Under the pieces are notes generated by a model. The model was given only the letters and a program-made list of their open reading frames with translations, did no database searches and had not been told where the DNA came from. Positions 1 to 9,582 of a DNA stretch of 64,000 nt are shown here, in pieces. The position numbers were made by a program, and so were the translations under genes. Origin of the DNA: Alphaproteobacteria bacterium (GTDB lineage Bacteria > Pseudomonadota > Alphaproteobacteria > MPNO01); the NCBI GenBank assembly GCA_965248835.1, contig CBDFLJ010000002.1, positions 1,376,001-1,440,000 on the forward strand. Direction: 5' to 3'. Position 1 is the stretch's first letter. Every line of letters begins with the position of its first letter.

Positions 1-714
1 CGGATCGCCGAGGGCGCGGATTTGTGCACGGTCGTCCTGGATGCGCTGGCGCGCGAGGATGAAGCTCTCGCAGTCGGCGACATCGTGGTGCTGGCCCAGA
101 AGATCGTCTCCAAGGCCGAAGGCCGCCTGGTCGATCTGGCCGCGGTAAGGCCGTCCGCCCCCGCGCGCGCGCTGGCGGCCGAAACCGCGAAAGACCCGCG
201 TGTGGTCGAGCTGATCCTGCGCGAGTCCGAGCAGGTCGTCCGGTCCCGTCCGGGGTTGATCATCGTCCGTCACCGGCTGGGCTACGTCCTCGCCAATGCG
301 GGGATCGATGCATCGAACGTCGGCGAAGGCCGGGTCCTGTTGCTGCCCGAAGACCCCGACCGGAGTTGCGCGGCTATCAGGGCGGAGCTTGAACGCCGTA
401 CCGGGGTTGCGCCGGGCGTGATCATCAACGACAGCCTGGGCCGTGCCTGGCGGCTCGGGACGACAGGCACCGCGCTTGGCGCCGCGGGGCTTGCCGCGCT
501 CAAGGACATGCGCGGCAGCCTGGACCTCTTCGGCCGGCCGTTGCAGGTCAGCGAGATCGGCCTTGCCGACGAGGTCGCCGCGGCGGCTTCGATCGTCATG
601 GGCCAGGCCGCGGAGGCGCGGCCGGTCGTCCTGGTCCGCGGCCTGCCCTACCCGCCCGAAGACGGGCGCGGCGCGGACCTGATCCGGCCGGCCGCGCTCG
701 ACCTGTTCGGCTGA
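1..714 (+). CDS. cofE: Coenzyme F420-0:L-glutamate ligase (5' end truncated by the window edge); single-domain CofE
   Basis: Frame is open from base 1 (RIAEGADL...). Motifs GDIVVLAQKIVSKAEG, ANAGIDASN, INDSLGRAWRLG, DEVAAAASIVMGQ and DLF at the C-terminus. Next to cofD and cofC. Confidence 0.93.
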   Translation, partial: RIAEGADLCTVVLDALAREDEALAVGDIVVLAQKIVSKAEGRLVDLAAVRPSAPARALAAETAKDPRVVELILRESEQVVRSRPGLIIVRHRLGYVLANAGIDASNVGEGRVLLLPEDPDRSCAAIRAELERRTGVAPGVIINDSLGRAWRLGTTGTALGAAGLAALKDMRGSLDLFGRPLQVSEIGLADEVAAAASIVMGQAAEARPVVLVRGLPYPPEDGRGADLIRPAALDLFG

Positions 715-715
715 C

Positions 716-1681
716 ATGGAAGACGCGCCGCGATATCTGGCGCTCGCCGGCGGGGTCGGCGGCGCCAAGCTCGCCGAAGGGCTGACGCAGATCCTGCCGG
801 CCGACAGCCTGGTGGTCGCGGTCAACACGGCCGATGACTTCGAGCATCTGGGCCTCCACATTTCGCCCGATCTGGATACGGTGATGTACACGCTCGCCGG
901 GCGCAACAACGCCGAGACCGGCTGGGGGCTCGCCGGCGAGACCTGGTCGTTCATGGAAGCGCTCGGCGATCTGGGAGGCGAGACCTGGTTCAGTCTAGGC
1001 GACCGGGACCTTGCAACCCACCTGGTCCGTACGCATGCGCTTCGATCCGGCCGATCGCTGTCCGACATCACGACCTCGTTGAGCCGGGCGATGGGCATCG
1101 ATCATACGATCGTACCGATGAGCGACGAAGCGGTGCGCACGATCGTCCAGACCGCCGATGGCGCGCTGCCCTTCCAGGACTATTTCGTCCGCCTCGCCTG
1201 CGCGCCCGTCGTGACGGGCTTTGCTTTCGAGGGGATCGCCGACGCCAGCCCTTCACCCGGCCTCGTCGCCGCCCTGGCCGAGCCCGGTCTTGGTGCGGTC
1301 CTGATCGGGCCGTCGAACCCCTATGTCAGCATTGCGCCGATCCTCGCCATCCCGGCGGTGGCGGCATTCCTCGACCGGCGGGCGGTGCCGGTGATCGCGG
1401 TCTCGCCGATCGTCGGCGGTGCGGCGATCAAAGGCCCGGCGGCGAAGATGATGGCGGAACTCGGCGCCGAGATAAGCGCGAGCGGGATCGCGCGGCATTA
1501 CGGCGACCGCCTGGACGGGATCGTCATCGACCGGACCGATGCCGCCCTCGCCGCAGAATTGCGCGCCGCCGGGCTCGCCGTCGCCGTCGCGCCGACGGTA
1601 GTTACAAGCCCGCAGGATCGCCGTGCGCTCGCCCGCGTGGTGGTCGATTTCGCCGCCGATGTCGCACCGAGGCCGCGATGA
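716..1681 (+). CDS. cofD: Phospho-L-lactate/phosphoenolpyruvate transferase (CofD/FbiA)
   Basis: LAGGVGGAKL, VNTADDF, SPDLDTVMYTLAG, WFSLGDRDLATH, FQDYFV, GPSNPYVSIAPIL, KGPAAKMM. Confidence 0.95.
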   Translation: MEDAPRYLALAGGVGGAKLAEGLTQILPADSLVVAVNTADDFEHLGLHISPDLDTVMYTLAGRNNAETGWGLAGETWSFMEALGDLGGETWFSLGDRDLATHLVRTHALRSGRSLSDITTSLSRAMGIDHTIVPMSDEAVRTIVQTADGALPFQDYFVRLACAPVVTGFAFEGIADASPSPGLVAALAEPGLGAVLIGPSNPYVSIAPILAIPAVAAFLDRRAVPVIAVSPIVGGAAIKGPAAKMMAELGAEISASGIARHYGDRLDGIVIDRTDAALAAELRAAGLAVAVAPTVVTSPQDRRALARVVVDFAADVAPRPR

Positions 1682-2304
1682 GGCTCGCCGCTGTCGTTCC
1701 CGTGCGCTCGCTCGCCGGGGGCAAAGCGCGGCTCGCCGGCGTGCTCGACGACGGGATGCGGGCAAGGCTCAACGCGGCGCTGATGACCCACACACTGGCC
1801 CTGACCGCCTCCCTTCCGGGCTGCGCGAGGACGTTCGTCGTCAGCCCGGACTCCGAAGCCGGCGCCCGCGCCGCGGCGCTGGGCGGCACCCTGGTCGATG
1901 ACCCCGGCCAGGGCCTGAACGCCGCGGTCGCCGCCGGCCTTGCAGCCGCACGCGATCATGGCATCGAACGGGCGCTCATCCTGCCGATCGATCTGCCCCA
2001 GGCGCGGCCCGAGGATATCGCTGCCCTGGCGGCCTGTGCCGCACCTGTGGTCATCGTTCCGGACCGCTATGGCGCGGGCACCAACGCGCTATGCCTTTCG
2101 ACCGGGCTCGCGTTTGCGCCCCGCTTCGGCGCGGACAGCTTTCGCGCGCATATCGCCGAGGGCCGCCGCCTGGGCGCAACCATCGCGATCAGACGCAACC
2201 CGCTTCTGGCTCTCGATATCGACACCGAATCCGATTGGCGGGATTGGGGCCGCGCGGACGACCGCACCGCCTGGATCGACCAGCGTGTCCGAAACGCGTC
2301 CTAA
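1678..2304 (+). CDS. cofC: Phospholactate/PEP guanylyltransferase (CofC/FbiD)
   Basis: VVPVR..GKARLA, GLNAAV, DLP, PDRYGAGTNAL, FGADSFRAH, DIDT..D. ATGA overlap with cofD. Confidence 0.92.
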   Translation: MRLAAVVPVRSLAGGKARLAGVLDDGMRARLNAALMTHTLALTASLPGCARTFVVSPDSEAGARAAALGGTLVDDPGQGLNAAVAAGLAAARDHGIERALILPIDLPQARPEDIAALAACAAPVVIVPDRYGAGTNALCLSTGLAFAPRFGADSFRAHIAEGRRLGATIAIRRNPLLALDIDTESDWRDWGRADDRTAWIDQRVRNAS

Positions 2305-2415
2305 AGGAGCCGCGCACCGGGAAGCTTGCGGTGTGGCTCGATCGCTGGCTACATAGTGCCTCGGCCGGTGCCCGCGAGGTGCCGGATTGGTCCCAATCAA
2401 ACTGGGAGAAACAGC

Positions 2416-3444
2416 ATGAAACTCACAGCCCTTGTGGGCGTCGCGGCAATCGCCGGAACCATGGCGATGGCCGGTGCCGTGCCCGGTCAGGCGGCGACCC
2501 TCGACGACGTACGTGCTGCCGGTGAATTGAAGTGCGGAATCAATACCGGTATCGCGGGCTTCGCCTACACCGACGACCAAGGCAAATGGAGCGGATTCGA
2601 CGTTGCCTACTGCCGGGCGCTCGCCGCCGCGGTGCTGGGCGATTCGAGCAAGATCAAGTTCGTCAACCTGACCGGCAAGAATCGGTTTCCGGCCCTCCAG
2701 TCGGGCGAGATCGACGTGCTGTCGCGCAACACGACCTGGACCTTCTCGCGCGATGTCGACCTCGGATTCACATTCATCGGGGTCAACTACTACGACGGTC
2801 AGGGTTTCATCGGACGCAAGTCGTTGGGCGTGATGAGCGCGAAGGAGCTGAACGGAGCCTCGATCTGCATCCAGACCGGCACCACCACCGAGCTCAACCT
2901 TGCGGACTTCGCCCGCACCAACAACATCAAGTACGAGCCGGTGCCGATCGAGACGAACGCGGAGGCGCGCGCCGCCTATCAGGCCGAGCGTTGCGACGTC
3001 TACACGACGGACGCATCCGGCCTCGCGGCCACGAAGGCGACCTTCGAGGACGCCGACAAGCACATGGTGTATCCCGAAATCATCTCCAAGGAGCCGCTGG
3101 GTCCGCTGGTACGCCAGGGCGACGACCAGTGGGCGGACATCGCGCGCTGGGTGCTCAACGCGCTCATCATCGCCGAGGAGAACGGCGTGACCCAGGGCAA
3201 CGTGGCGGCCATGGCCAAAGGGACGGCCAACCCTGAAATCAACCGCATGCTCGGGGCGGAGGGCAGCTTCGGCCAGAAGCTCGGGCTCGACGGCCAGTGG
3301 GCGGTTCAGGCGATCGCGGCCGAGGGCAACTATGCCGAGATCTTCAACCGCTACATCGGTCCGGACACCAAGCTTGGCCTCGGACGGGGTCTGAACGCGC
3401 TTTACAAGGATGGCGGCATCCTCTACGCGCCGCCGTTCAGATAA
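2416..3444 (+). CDS. aapJ: General L-amino acid ABC transporter substrate-binding protein
   Basis: Signal peptide, TLDDVRAAGELKCG, RNTTWTFSRD, GTTTELNLADF, IISKEPLGP, C-terminal YAPPFR. RBS GGGAGA precedes ATG 2416. Confidence 0.92.
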   Translation: MKLTALVGVAAIAGTMAMAGAVPGQAATLDDVRAAGELKCGINTGIAGFAYTDDQGKWSGFDVAYCRALAAAVLGDSSKIKFVNLTGKNRFPALQSGEIDVLSRNTTWTFSRDVDLGFTFIGVNYYDGQGFIGRKSLGVMSAKELNGASICIQTGTTTELNLADFARTNNIKYEPVPIETNAEARAAYQAERCDVYTTDASGLAATKATFEDADKHMVYPEIISKEPLGPLVRQGDDQWADIARWVLNALIIAEENGVTQGNVAAMAKGTANPEINRMLGAEGSFGQKLGLDGQWAVQAIAAEGNYAEIFNRYIGPDTKLGLGRGLNALYKDGGILYAPPFR

Positions 3445-3508
3445 GCCGAACCGGGCTCGAACCCGCCCGACGGCGACTGCCGCCGGGCGGGTCGGGCAGC
3501 CGCTCGGC
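3445..3508 (+). terminator. Long GC-rich stem-loop between aapJ and aapQ (mRNA stabiliser or attenuator candidate)
   Basis: ACCCGCCCGACGGC-GACT-GCCGCCGGGCGGGT core with outer GCCGA/TCGGC arms; no U-tract. Confidence 0.55.
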
Positions 3509-3571
3509 TGCCTCTCGATCGAAACGATCGACATGGTCGGTAACCCAATGTCCGGCAGATAGCGGGCGCCG

Positions 3572-4726
3572 ATGCGCGTGAGCCGCCTGTGGACGGACGA
3601 GAGGGCGCGCGGGGTCGTCTTCCAGCTCCTGCTGATCCTCGGCCTGACGCTCGTTGTCGCCTTCATCGCGGTGAACACGATCGCGAACCTGCAGCGCGCC
3701 GGTCTCGCTTCGGGCTACGGCTTCCTGTTCGATACCGCCGCGTTCGACATCAACCAGCGGCTGATCCAGTACGACTCGACGTCGACCTACGGGCGGGCGT
3801 TCATCGTCGGCGGCCTCAACACGATCGTCGTCGCGGCGCTCGGAATCGTCGCGGCCACGATCATCGGCTTCGTCGCCGGCGTGCTGCGGCTGTCGAACAA
3901 CTTCCTCATCAGCCGGACCGTCGCCGTGTACGTGGAGTTCACGCGCAACGTCCCCGTGCTGCTCCAGATCATCTTCTGGTGGGTCATCATGCTGGCGTTG
4001 CCGCGGGTTCGCGACAGCATCTCGCTCGGCGATACGTTCTTTCTCAACAACCGCGGCATCCGGATGCCTTCGCCGGTATTCGAGGACGGCTCGTCATTCC
4101 TTCTGCTGGCGCTCGCGGTCGGCCTGGCCGCGACCTTCGTCGTCTCGCGCTGGGCCAGGGCCCGCCAGGACGCGACCGGCCAAGGGTTCCCGGTCGGGTG
4201 GGCCGGGCTCGCCCTCATCACCGGCCTGCCGCTCGTGGCCTACCTCATTCTCGGCCGGCCGATCGGATTCGACGCCCCGACCATGGGCAAGTTCAACCTG
4301 CAAGGCGGGTTCAACATTACCCCGGAGCTGGGGGCCCTCTGGCTCGCCCTGTCGACCTATACCGGAGCGTTCATATCGGAGATCGTTCGCTCCGGCATTC
4401 TTTCGGTGAACAAGGGACAGACGGAAGCGGCCGGGGCGCTCGGCCTTCGTCCCGGGCTTACGATGCGCAGGATCATCCTGCCGCAAGCGTTGCGGGTGAT
4501 CATCCCGCCTCTCACCAGCCAGTACCTCAATCTCACCAAGAACTCCTCGCTGGCAGTCGCCATCGGATACCAGGATCTCGTCTCGATCGGCGACACCATC
4601 CTGAACCAGAGCGGACAGGCGCTGGAGGTGATCTCGATCTACATGATCGTCTACCTCTCTCTCAGTTTGCTCACGTCTGGTTTCATGAACTGGTACAACG
4701 CGCGCATCGCGCTGGTGGAACGATGA
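3572..4726 (+). CDS. aapQ: Amino acid ABC transporter permease
   Basis: Hydrophobic; EFTRNVPVLLQ, EIVRSGILSV.KGQTEAA.ALGL (EAA loop), [27 protein letters not shown]. Confidence 0.92.
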   Translation: MRVSRLWTDERARGVVFQLLLILGLTLVVAFIAVNTIANLQRAGLASGYGFLFDTAAFDINQRLIQYDSTSTYGRAFIVGGLNTIVVAALGIVAATIIGFVAGVLRLSNNFLISRTVAVYVEFTRNVPVLLQIIFWWVIMLALPRVRDSISLGDTFFLNNRGIRMPSPVFEDGSSFLLLALAVGLAATFVVSRWARARQDATGQGFPVGWAGLALITGLPLVAYLILGRPIGFDAPTMGKFNLQGGFNITPELGALWLALSTYTGAFISEIVRSGILSVNKGQTEAAGALGLRPGLTMRRIILPQALRVIIPPLTSQYLNLTKNSSLAVAIGYQDLVSIGDTILNQSGQALEVISIYMIVYLSLSLLTSGFMNWYNARIALVER

Positions 4727-5838
4727 GCGGCGAGCGTCCATTCCACCGCAGCCAGGCCGAGATGATGCCCCAACGCCAGCCACCGGCGGCGACCATCGGG
4801 GTGATCGGCTGGGTCCGCGCAAACCTGTTCTCGAGCTACCTCAACATCGCGTTAACCCTGATGTCGGCCGGGCTGCTCTGGGTTGCCGTGCCGCCGTTCC
4901 TCGACTGGGCGCTCTTCGGGGCCGACTTCAGCGGCGCCACCGGGGAAGACTGCACCGGCCGCGGCGCTTGCTGGGCGTGGCTCGACCAGCGTATCGAGCA
5001 GTTCCTCTACGGCTTCTATCCAGCGGAGTCCTACTGGCGGGTCAATCTCGCCGTCGCCCTGCTGGCGCCGGCGCTCGCCTACGTCCTGTTCGAGAATATG
5101 CCCTATGCCCGTTACGGGCGCTGGTTCTCGGTCGCCTATCCGGTGATCGCGGCCATCCTGCTGGTCGGCGGCTTCGGTCTCGAAGGCGTTACCACCGACA
5201 AGTTCGGCGGCTTCATGCTGAACCTCGTCGCCGGACTCGCGGGCATCGTCCTGTCGCTGCCGATCGGTATCCTGCTGGCCCTCGGCCGGCGCTCGCACCT
5301 GCCGATAGTGCGTGTCCTGTCGGTCGTGTTCATCGAGATGATCCGCGGGGTCCCGCTGATCACGCTGCTCTTCGTCGCCATCGTCATCCTGCAGTTGTTC
5401 CTGCCTCCGCAGGTGTCGCTCGACCAGCTCATCCGGGTCATGATCATGATCACCCTGTTCGCTTCGTCCTATATGGCGGAGGTCATCCGGGGTGGTCTGC
5501 AAGCGATACCCCAGGGCCAGCACGAGGCGGCGCAGGCGATGGGGCTGGGCTACTGGAAGATGATGCGCCTCATCGTCCTGCCCCAGGCGCTCAAGATCTC
5601 GATCCCCGGAATCGTCAACACGTTCATCGGTCTGTTCAAGGATACGACGCTCGTCATCATCATCGGTCTCTTTGATATTCTCGGCCAGGCGCGCCTGCTG
5701 CAGACCAATCCGGAATGGATCGGCGAAGTGGATCACGAGACATTCCTGCTGGCGGCGCTGTTCTTCTTCGTGATTTGCTTCTCCATGTCGCGCTATTCGA
5801 TCAATCTCGAGAAGCGTCTGGACCCGACACGACGATAG
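4723..5838 (+). CDS. aapM: Amino acid ABC transporter permease
   Basis: Starts at the ATGA overlap with aapQ (MSGERPF...); [53 protein letters not shown]. Confidence 0.9.
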   Translation: MSGERPFHRSQAEMMPQRQPPAATIGVIGWVRANLFSSYLNIALTLMSAGLLWVAVPPFLDWALFGADFSGATGEDCTGRGACWAWLDQRIEQFLYGFYPAESYWRVNLAVALLAPALAYVLFENMPYARYGRWFSVAYPVIAAILLVGGFGLEGVTTDKFGGFMLNLVAGLAGIVLSLPIGILLALGRRSHLPIVRVLSVVFIEMIRGVPLITLLFVAIVILQLFLPPQVSLDQLIRVMIMITLFASSYMAEVIRGGLQAIPQGQHEAAQAMGLGYWKMMRLIVLPQALKISIPGIVNTFIGLFKDTTLVIIIGLFDILGQARLLQTNPEWIGEVDHETFLLAALFFFVICFSMSRYSINLEKRLDPTRR

Positions 5839-5851
5839 AGGAGGAAGCGCG

Positions 5852-6646
5852 ATGTCAGCCGCCGGGACGAATGTCGAGACGCCGCCGACGGGTACGAGCG
5901 ATGCGGGCATCGATCCGATCATCCGGATTGACGGCCTCAACAAGTGGTTCGGACCCTTCCACGTTCTGCGTGACATCAACCTGGAGGTGGCGCCCCAGGA
6001 ACGGATCGTCATCTGCGGGCCGTCGGGTTCCGGCAAGTCGACGCTCATTCGCTGCATCAACCGGCTGGAAGGGCACCAGGAGGGATCGATTACCGTAGAC
6101 GGCACCAAGCTTACGCACGATCTCAAGAACATCGACGCGATTCGGCGCGAGGTCGGCATGGTGTTTCAGCAGTTCAACCTGTTTCCGCACCTGACGGTGC
6201 TGGAGAACTGCGCGTTGGCCCCGATCTGGGTGCGAAAGATGCCGCGCGAGGAGGCGGAGGGAATCGCCATGGAGTACCTCGAACGGGTCAGGATCCCCGA
6301 TCAGGCGCGGAAGTATCCCGGCCAGTTGTCCGGCGGCCAACAGCAACGGGTGGCGATCGCGCGGTCGCTTTGCATGCGGCCCAAGATCATGCTGTTCGAC
6401 GAGCCGACCTCGGCGCTCGATCCCGAGATGATCAAGGAAGTGCTGGAGGTAATGGTCGATCTGGCCGACTCCGGCATGACCATGCTGGTCGTCACCCACG
6501 AGATGGGCTTCGCCTCGCAGGTCGCGAATCGAGTGATCTTCATGGACGAAGGTCAGATCGTCGAGCAGAACACGCCCGATGAATTCTTCAACAACCCGCG
6601 GTCCGATCGGACGAAGCTGTTCCTGAGCCAGATCCTCCACCATTGA
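5852..6646 (+). CDS. aapP: Amino acid ABC transporter ATP-binding protein
   Basis: Walker A GPSGSGKS, signature [13 protein letters not shown], Walker [12 protein letters not shown]-terminal [10 protein letters not shown]. Confidence 0.95.
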   Translation: MSAAGTNVETPPTGTSDAGIDPIIRIDGLNKWFGPFHVLRDINLEVAPQERIVICGPSGSGKSTLIRCINRLEGHQEGSITVDGTKLTHDLKNIDAIRREVGMVFQQFNLFPHLTVLENCALAPIWVRKMPREEAEGIAMEYLERVRIPDQARKYPGQLSGGQQQRVAIARSLCMRPKIMLFDEPTSALDPEMIKEVLEVMVDLADSGMTMLVVTHEMGFASQVANRVIFMDEGQIVEQNTPDEFFNNPRSDRTKLFLSQILHH

Positions 6647-6710
6647 GCCCGGCACGACCTCCACGCCGTAAGCTGACCGAGGCGTCCCCGCATCACCAGA
6701 AGAGGCAACG

Positions 6711-7622
6711 ATGCACTACGACTACGTCCCCATGCCGGCGCGCAAGCCGCTGCGATGGCCGAACGGCAAGCGCCTGGCGTTGATGATGACCTTCAACCTG
6801 GAATACTGGGATCTGACCAAGGACAGCGAAGCGCCCTACTACGCCGGCGGGCCGCCGATCCTGCCCGACCCGCTGCCCGGCAACGTGGCCGACTACCCCA
6901 ACTACTCCTGGCGCGAATACGGCCAGCGGGTCGGGATCTGGCGGCTGATCGATCTGTTCGACAAGGCCGGCGTGCCGGCGACGTGCACGATGAACGCCAA
7001 GATGGGGCTGGAGCGGCGGGAAGCGGTCGATGCGATCAACGAGCGCGGCTGGGAGCTTATCGCCCACAACTATTCACAGTCCGAACTCCTGACCGATTAC
7101 GCCTTCGATCCCGACCAGGAGCGCGCGGTCATTCGCGAGACCTTGAAGGTCTACCGGGATGTCGTCGGCCGCCCGGCCCAAGGTTGGCTTTCCTCTTCGC
7201 TGCGCTGCACCGAGAACACGTCCGACATCATCGCCGAAGAGGGGTTGATCTTCCACACCGACTACCTCAACGACGACCAGCCCTACCTGATCCAAACCGC
7301 GTCCGGCCCGATCGTCTCGATTCCCTACTCCAACGAGGTCAACGACTTCATGATCTATTTCCGCCGCGGCATGTCGAACGACCAGGCCTTCGAGGTGCTC
7401 AAGGATCAGTTCGACGAGCTATACGCCGAAGGCGCCGAAAGCGGCCGGATGATGAACGTCGGCATCCACCCGCATGTCTGGGGCCAGCCGTTCCGGGTCC
7501 GTGCGCTCAGGGATTTCCTCGACTACGCCAAGGGCTTCGAGGGGGTGTGGTGGGCCAAGCGCGAGGAGATCGCGCAGTGGTACCTGGAAAACCACCGCAG
7601 CCATATCGGCGAGGACGGATGA
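6711..7622 (+). CDS. Polysaccharide deacetylase (CE4) family protein, PuuE/allantoinase-like
   Basis: WPNGKRLA, NYSWREYGQRVGIWR, WELIAHN, DDQPY, SIPYSNEVND, GIHPHVWGQPFR. Confidence 0.8.
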   Translation: MHYDYVPMPARKPLRWPNGKRLALMMTFNLEYWDLTKDSEAPYYAGGPPILPDPLPGNVADYPNYSWREYGQRVGIWRLIDLFDKAGVPATCTMNAKMGLERREAVDAINERGWELIAHNYSQSELLTDYAFDPDQERAVIRETLKVYRDVVGRPAQGWLSSSLRCTENTSDIIAEEGLIFHTDYLNDDQPYLIQTASGPIVSIPYSNEVNDFMIYFRRGMSNDQAFEVLKDQFDELYAEGAESGRMMNVGIHPHVWGQPFRVRALRDFLDYAKGFEGVWWAKREEIAQWYLENHRSHIGEDG

Positions 7623-7694
7623 CCGACCGGCGCATCTTCGACGCGGCAACGCCACGCAGAGCGTGAAAAACAAAGACCCGTTTCGAGGCGGACT

Positions 7695-8720
7695 CTAAGC
7701 CCGGGTGCCGTATTCATCAGCGATCATGCTATCGACGATTTCGCGCATGGCGATCAGCGGGCGGTCGCTGGCGATCTGCTGCATGGGTATCTCGGGATGG
7801 GCGTCGAGCGAGCGCTGCTGATGCTCGATTGCCCAGACGTCCTCGTCGATCACCGAATTGAGGAAACGCCAGGAATCGGATGACGGCGGGGACTCGTGGG
7901 CGACGACCTGGAAGTAGTGGGTGCTGCACTCGGTCTCCGGAGTGATGAAATGGTGCGGCCGGATCGCCCAGCGGCCCCGGCCCGGCGGCAGGGTGCTTTC
8001 CGGGCCATCGCTTCCGACCTCGGCGACACCGGTGTGGATGCGGTAGAAGGACGGGCCGCGGAACTCGACGATATGCCAGCGGTCGACGTTTCCGGTCGCG
8101 TTGGCCAGCCGCCCATAGCCGGCCGGCGCCGGGATGTCTCGGCTCTGGCGAACGAAATCGTATCCGAACCCGTTGACCCGCAGCTCCATCTCGGCCGGCC
8201 CCATGTCTTCGTTGCCGCCGCCCGACGGGATGTGCAGATAGGCCACGTGCAGCAGGTCCGCGAGGTTGTCGTTGAGCAGCAGGTAGTTCGCCGCCGCGCG
8301 GCGATAGAGCCTGGTGGCGTGCCAGTCGGGGTTCTCGAGCCAGCTACAGTCGAAGATCCGCGCCGCATCGGCCTGGCCGGGCGGACCCATCCACAGCCAT
8401 ACCAGGCCGCACCGCTCCTCGACCGGATATTTGCGGATCCGGATCTCGCCCGGGCTTTCCTGCCCCGGAACACGCACGCACGTCCCCGTCTCATCGTAGG
8501 TGAGGCCGTGATAGGGGCAGATCAGCGTATCGTCTTCGCTGATCCGGCCGAGCGACAGCGGCATGCGGCGGTGCGCGCAGCGGTCCTCCAGCGCCACGAC
8601 CCGGCCCTGCGAGGTCCGGAAAAAGACGACCGGGTCGCCGATGATGGTGCGCGCCAGAGGCTGCCGCTGACCGACCTCCTCCGACCAGGCCCCGACATAC
8701 CAGCAGTTTCTGATGAACAT
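7695..8720 (-). CDS. Rieske non-heme iron oxygenase alpha subunit, VanA/O-demethylase-like
   Basis: MFIRNCWYV start; Rieske CAH...CPYH; mononuclear Fe site DNLADLLHVAYLH and EDVWAIEHQQ. Confidence 0.88.
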   Translation of the reverse strand: MFIRNCWYVGAWSEEVGQRQPLARTIIGDPVVFFRTSQGRVVALEDRCAHRRMPLSLGRISEDDTLICPYHGLTYDETGTCVRVPGQESPGEIRIRKYPVEERCGLVWLWMGPPGQADAARIFDCSWLENPDWHATRLYRRAAANYLLLNDNLADLLHVAYLHIPSGGGNEDMGPAEMELRVNGFGYDFVRQSRDIPAPAGYGRLANATGNVDRWHIVEFRGPSFYRIHTGVAEVGSDGPESTLPPGRGRWAIRPHHFITPETECSTHYFQVVAHESPPSSDSWRFLNSVIDEDVWAIEHQQRSLDAHPEIPMQQIASDRPLIAMREIVDSMIADEYGTRA

Positions 8721-8791
8721 CACCTGCTCTCCCGATGAGCGCTCGAGCCTGGACCGCCCGCGCCTGAATGGCAAGCCGCAGACGCAGGCGG

Positions 8792-9556
8792 TCAATAGCC
8801 GACGATGACCTCGCCGCTGTTCGGGCTGACGACCTGACCGGTGATCATCTCGGATTCGTCGGACGCGAGCCAGGCGACCGCATAGGAGATGTCCTGCGGT
8901 TCGGTATAGCGGCCGAGAGGCATGGTCTCCTCGCGTGCGCGGATCTGGGCCTCGGTATTGCTGCCCCTTGTCATCTCGGTCAGCACGAAGCCCGGGGCCA
9001 CGGCATTGACGGTGATCCGGTGCTGGGCAAACTCACGCGCCCAGCACTTGGTGAAACCGGAGATCGCGGCCTTGGCGGCGGCGTAGTGTGAGGCGAGCGC
9101 GCTGCCGCCCATCGCGTAAATCGAGGAGATGTTGACGATCCGGCCGTAGCGCCGCTCGATCATCGCCGGCAGCACGGCCTGGGTGGCGAAGAAGCTGCCG
9201 CGGACATGGACCTCGAACATCTCATCGAAGAGCCCAGCGTCGATTTCTTCGATGCGGCGCCGCGCGCCGCCGACCCCGGCGTTGTTGACCAGGATGTCGG
9301 GCGGCCGGAGGGCGGCGGCGGCCTCTCCGATTCCCGCCTGGAGTGCCGGGACGTCCCGCATGTCGGCTTGCAGCGCATGCGCGCGCCGGCCCGCCGCGCG
9401 CACCATCTCGGCGGTCTCCTCGACCCCCGCCGCCTTGATGTCGTGGACGATCACGTCGGCGCCGCGCTCGGCCAACAGCACCGCGTGGCTGCGTCCCATC
9501 CCGCCGCCCGCTCCGGTGACCAGCGCGGTCCGCCCTTCAAGCGAGTTCTTTGCCAT
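8792..9556 (-). CDS. Short-chain dehydrogenase/reductase (FabG-like), paralog 1
   Basis: TGAGGGMG, NNAG, NISS, YAAAK, VAPG. Confidence 0.9.
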   Translation of the reverse strand: MAKNSLEGRTALVTGAGGGMGRSHAVLLAERGADVIVHDIKAAGVEETAEMVRAAGRRAHALQADMRDVPALQAGIGEAAAALRPPDILVNNAGVGGARRRIEEIDAGLFDEMFEVHVRGSFFATQAVLPAMIERRYGRIVNISSIYAMGGSALASHYAAAKAAISGFTKCWAREFAQHRITVNAVAPGFVLTEMTRGSNTEAQIRAREETMPLGRYTEPQDISYAVAWLASDESEMITGQVVSPNSGEVIVGY

Positions 9557-9582
9557 GTCCGTAGTCCTTTCCGTCTGTCCAC

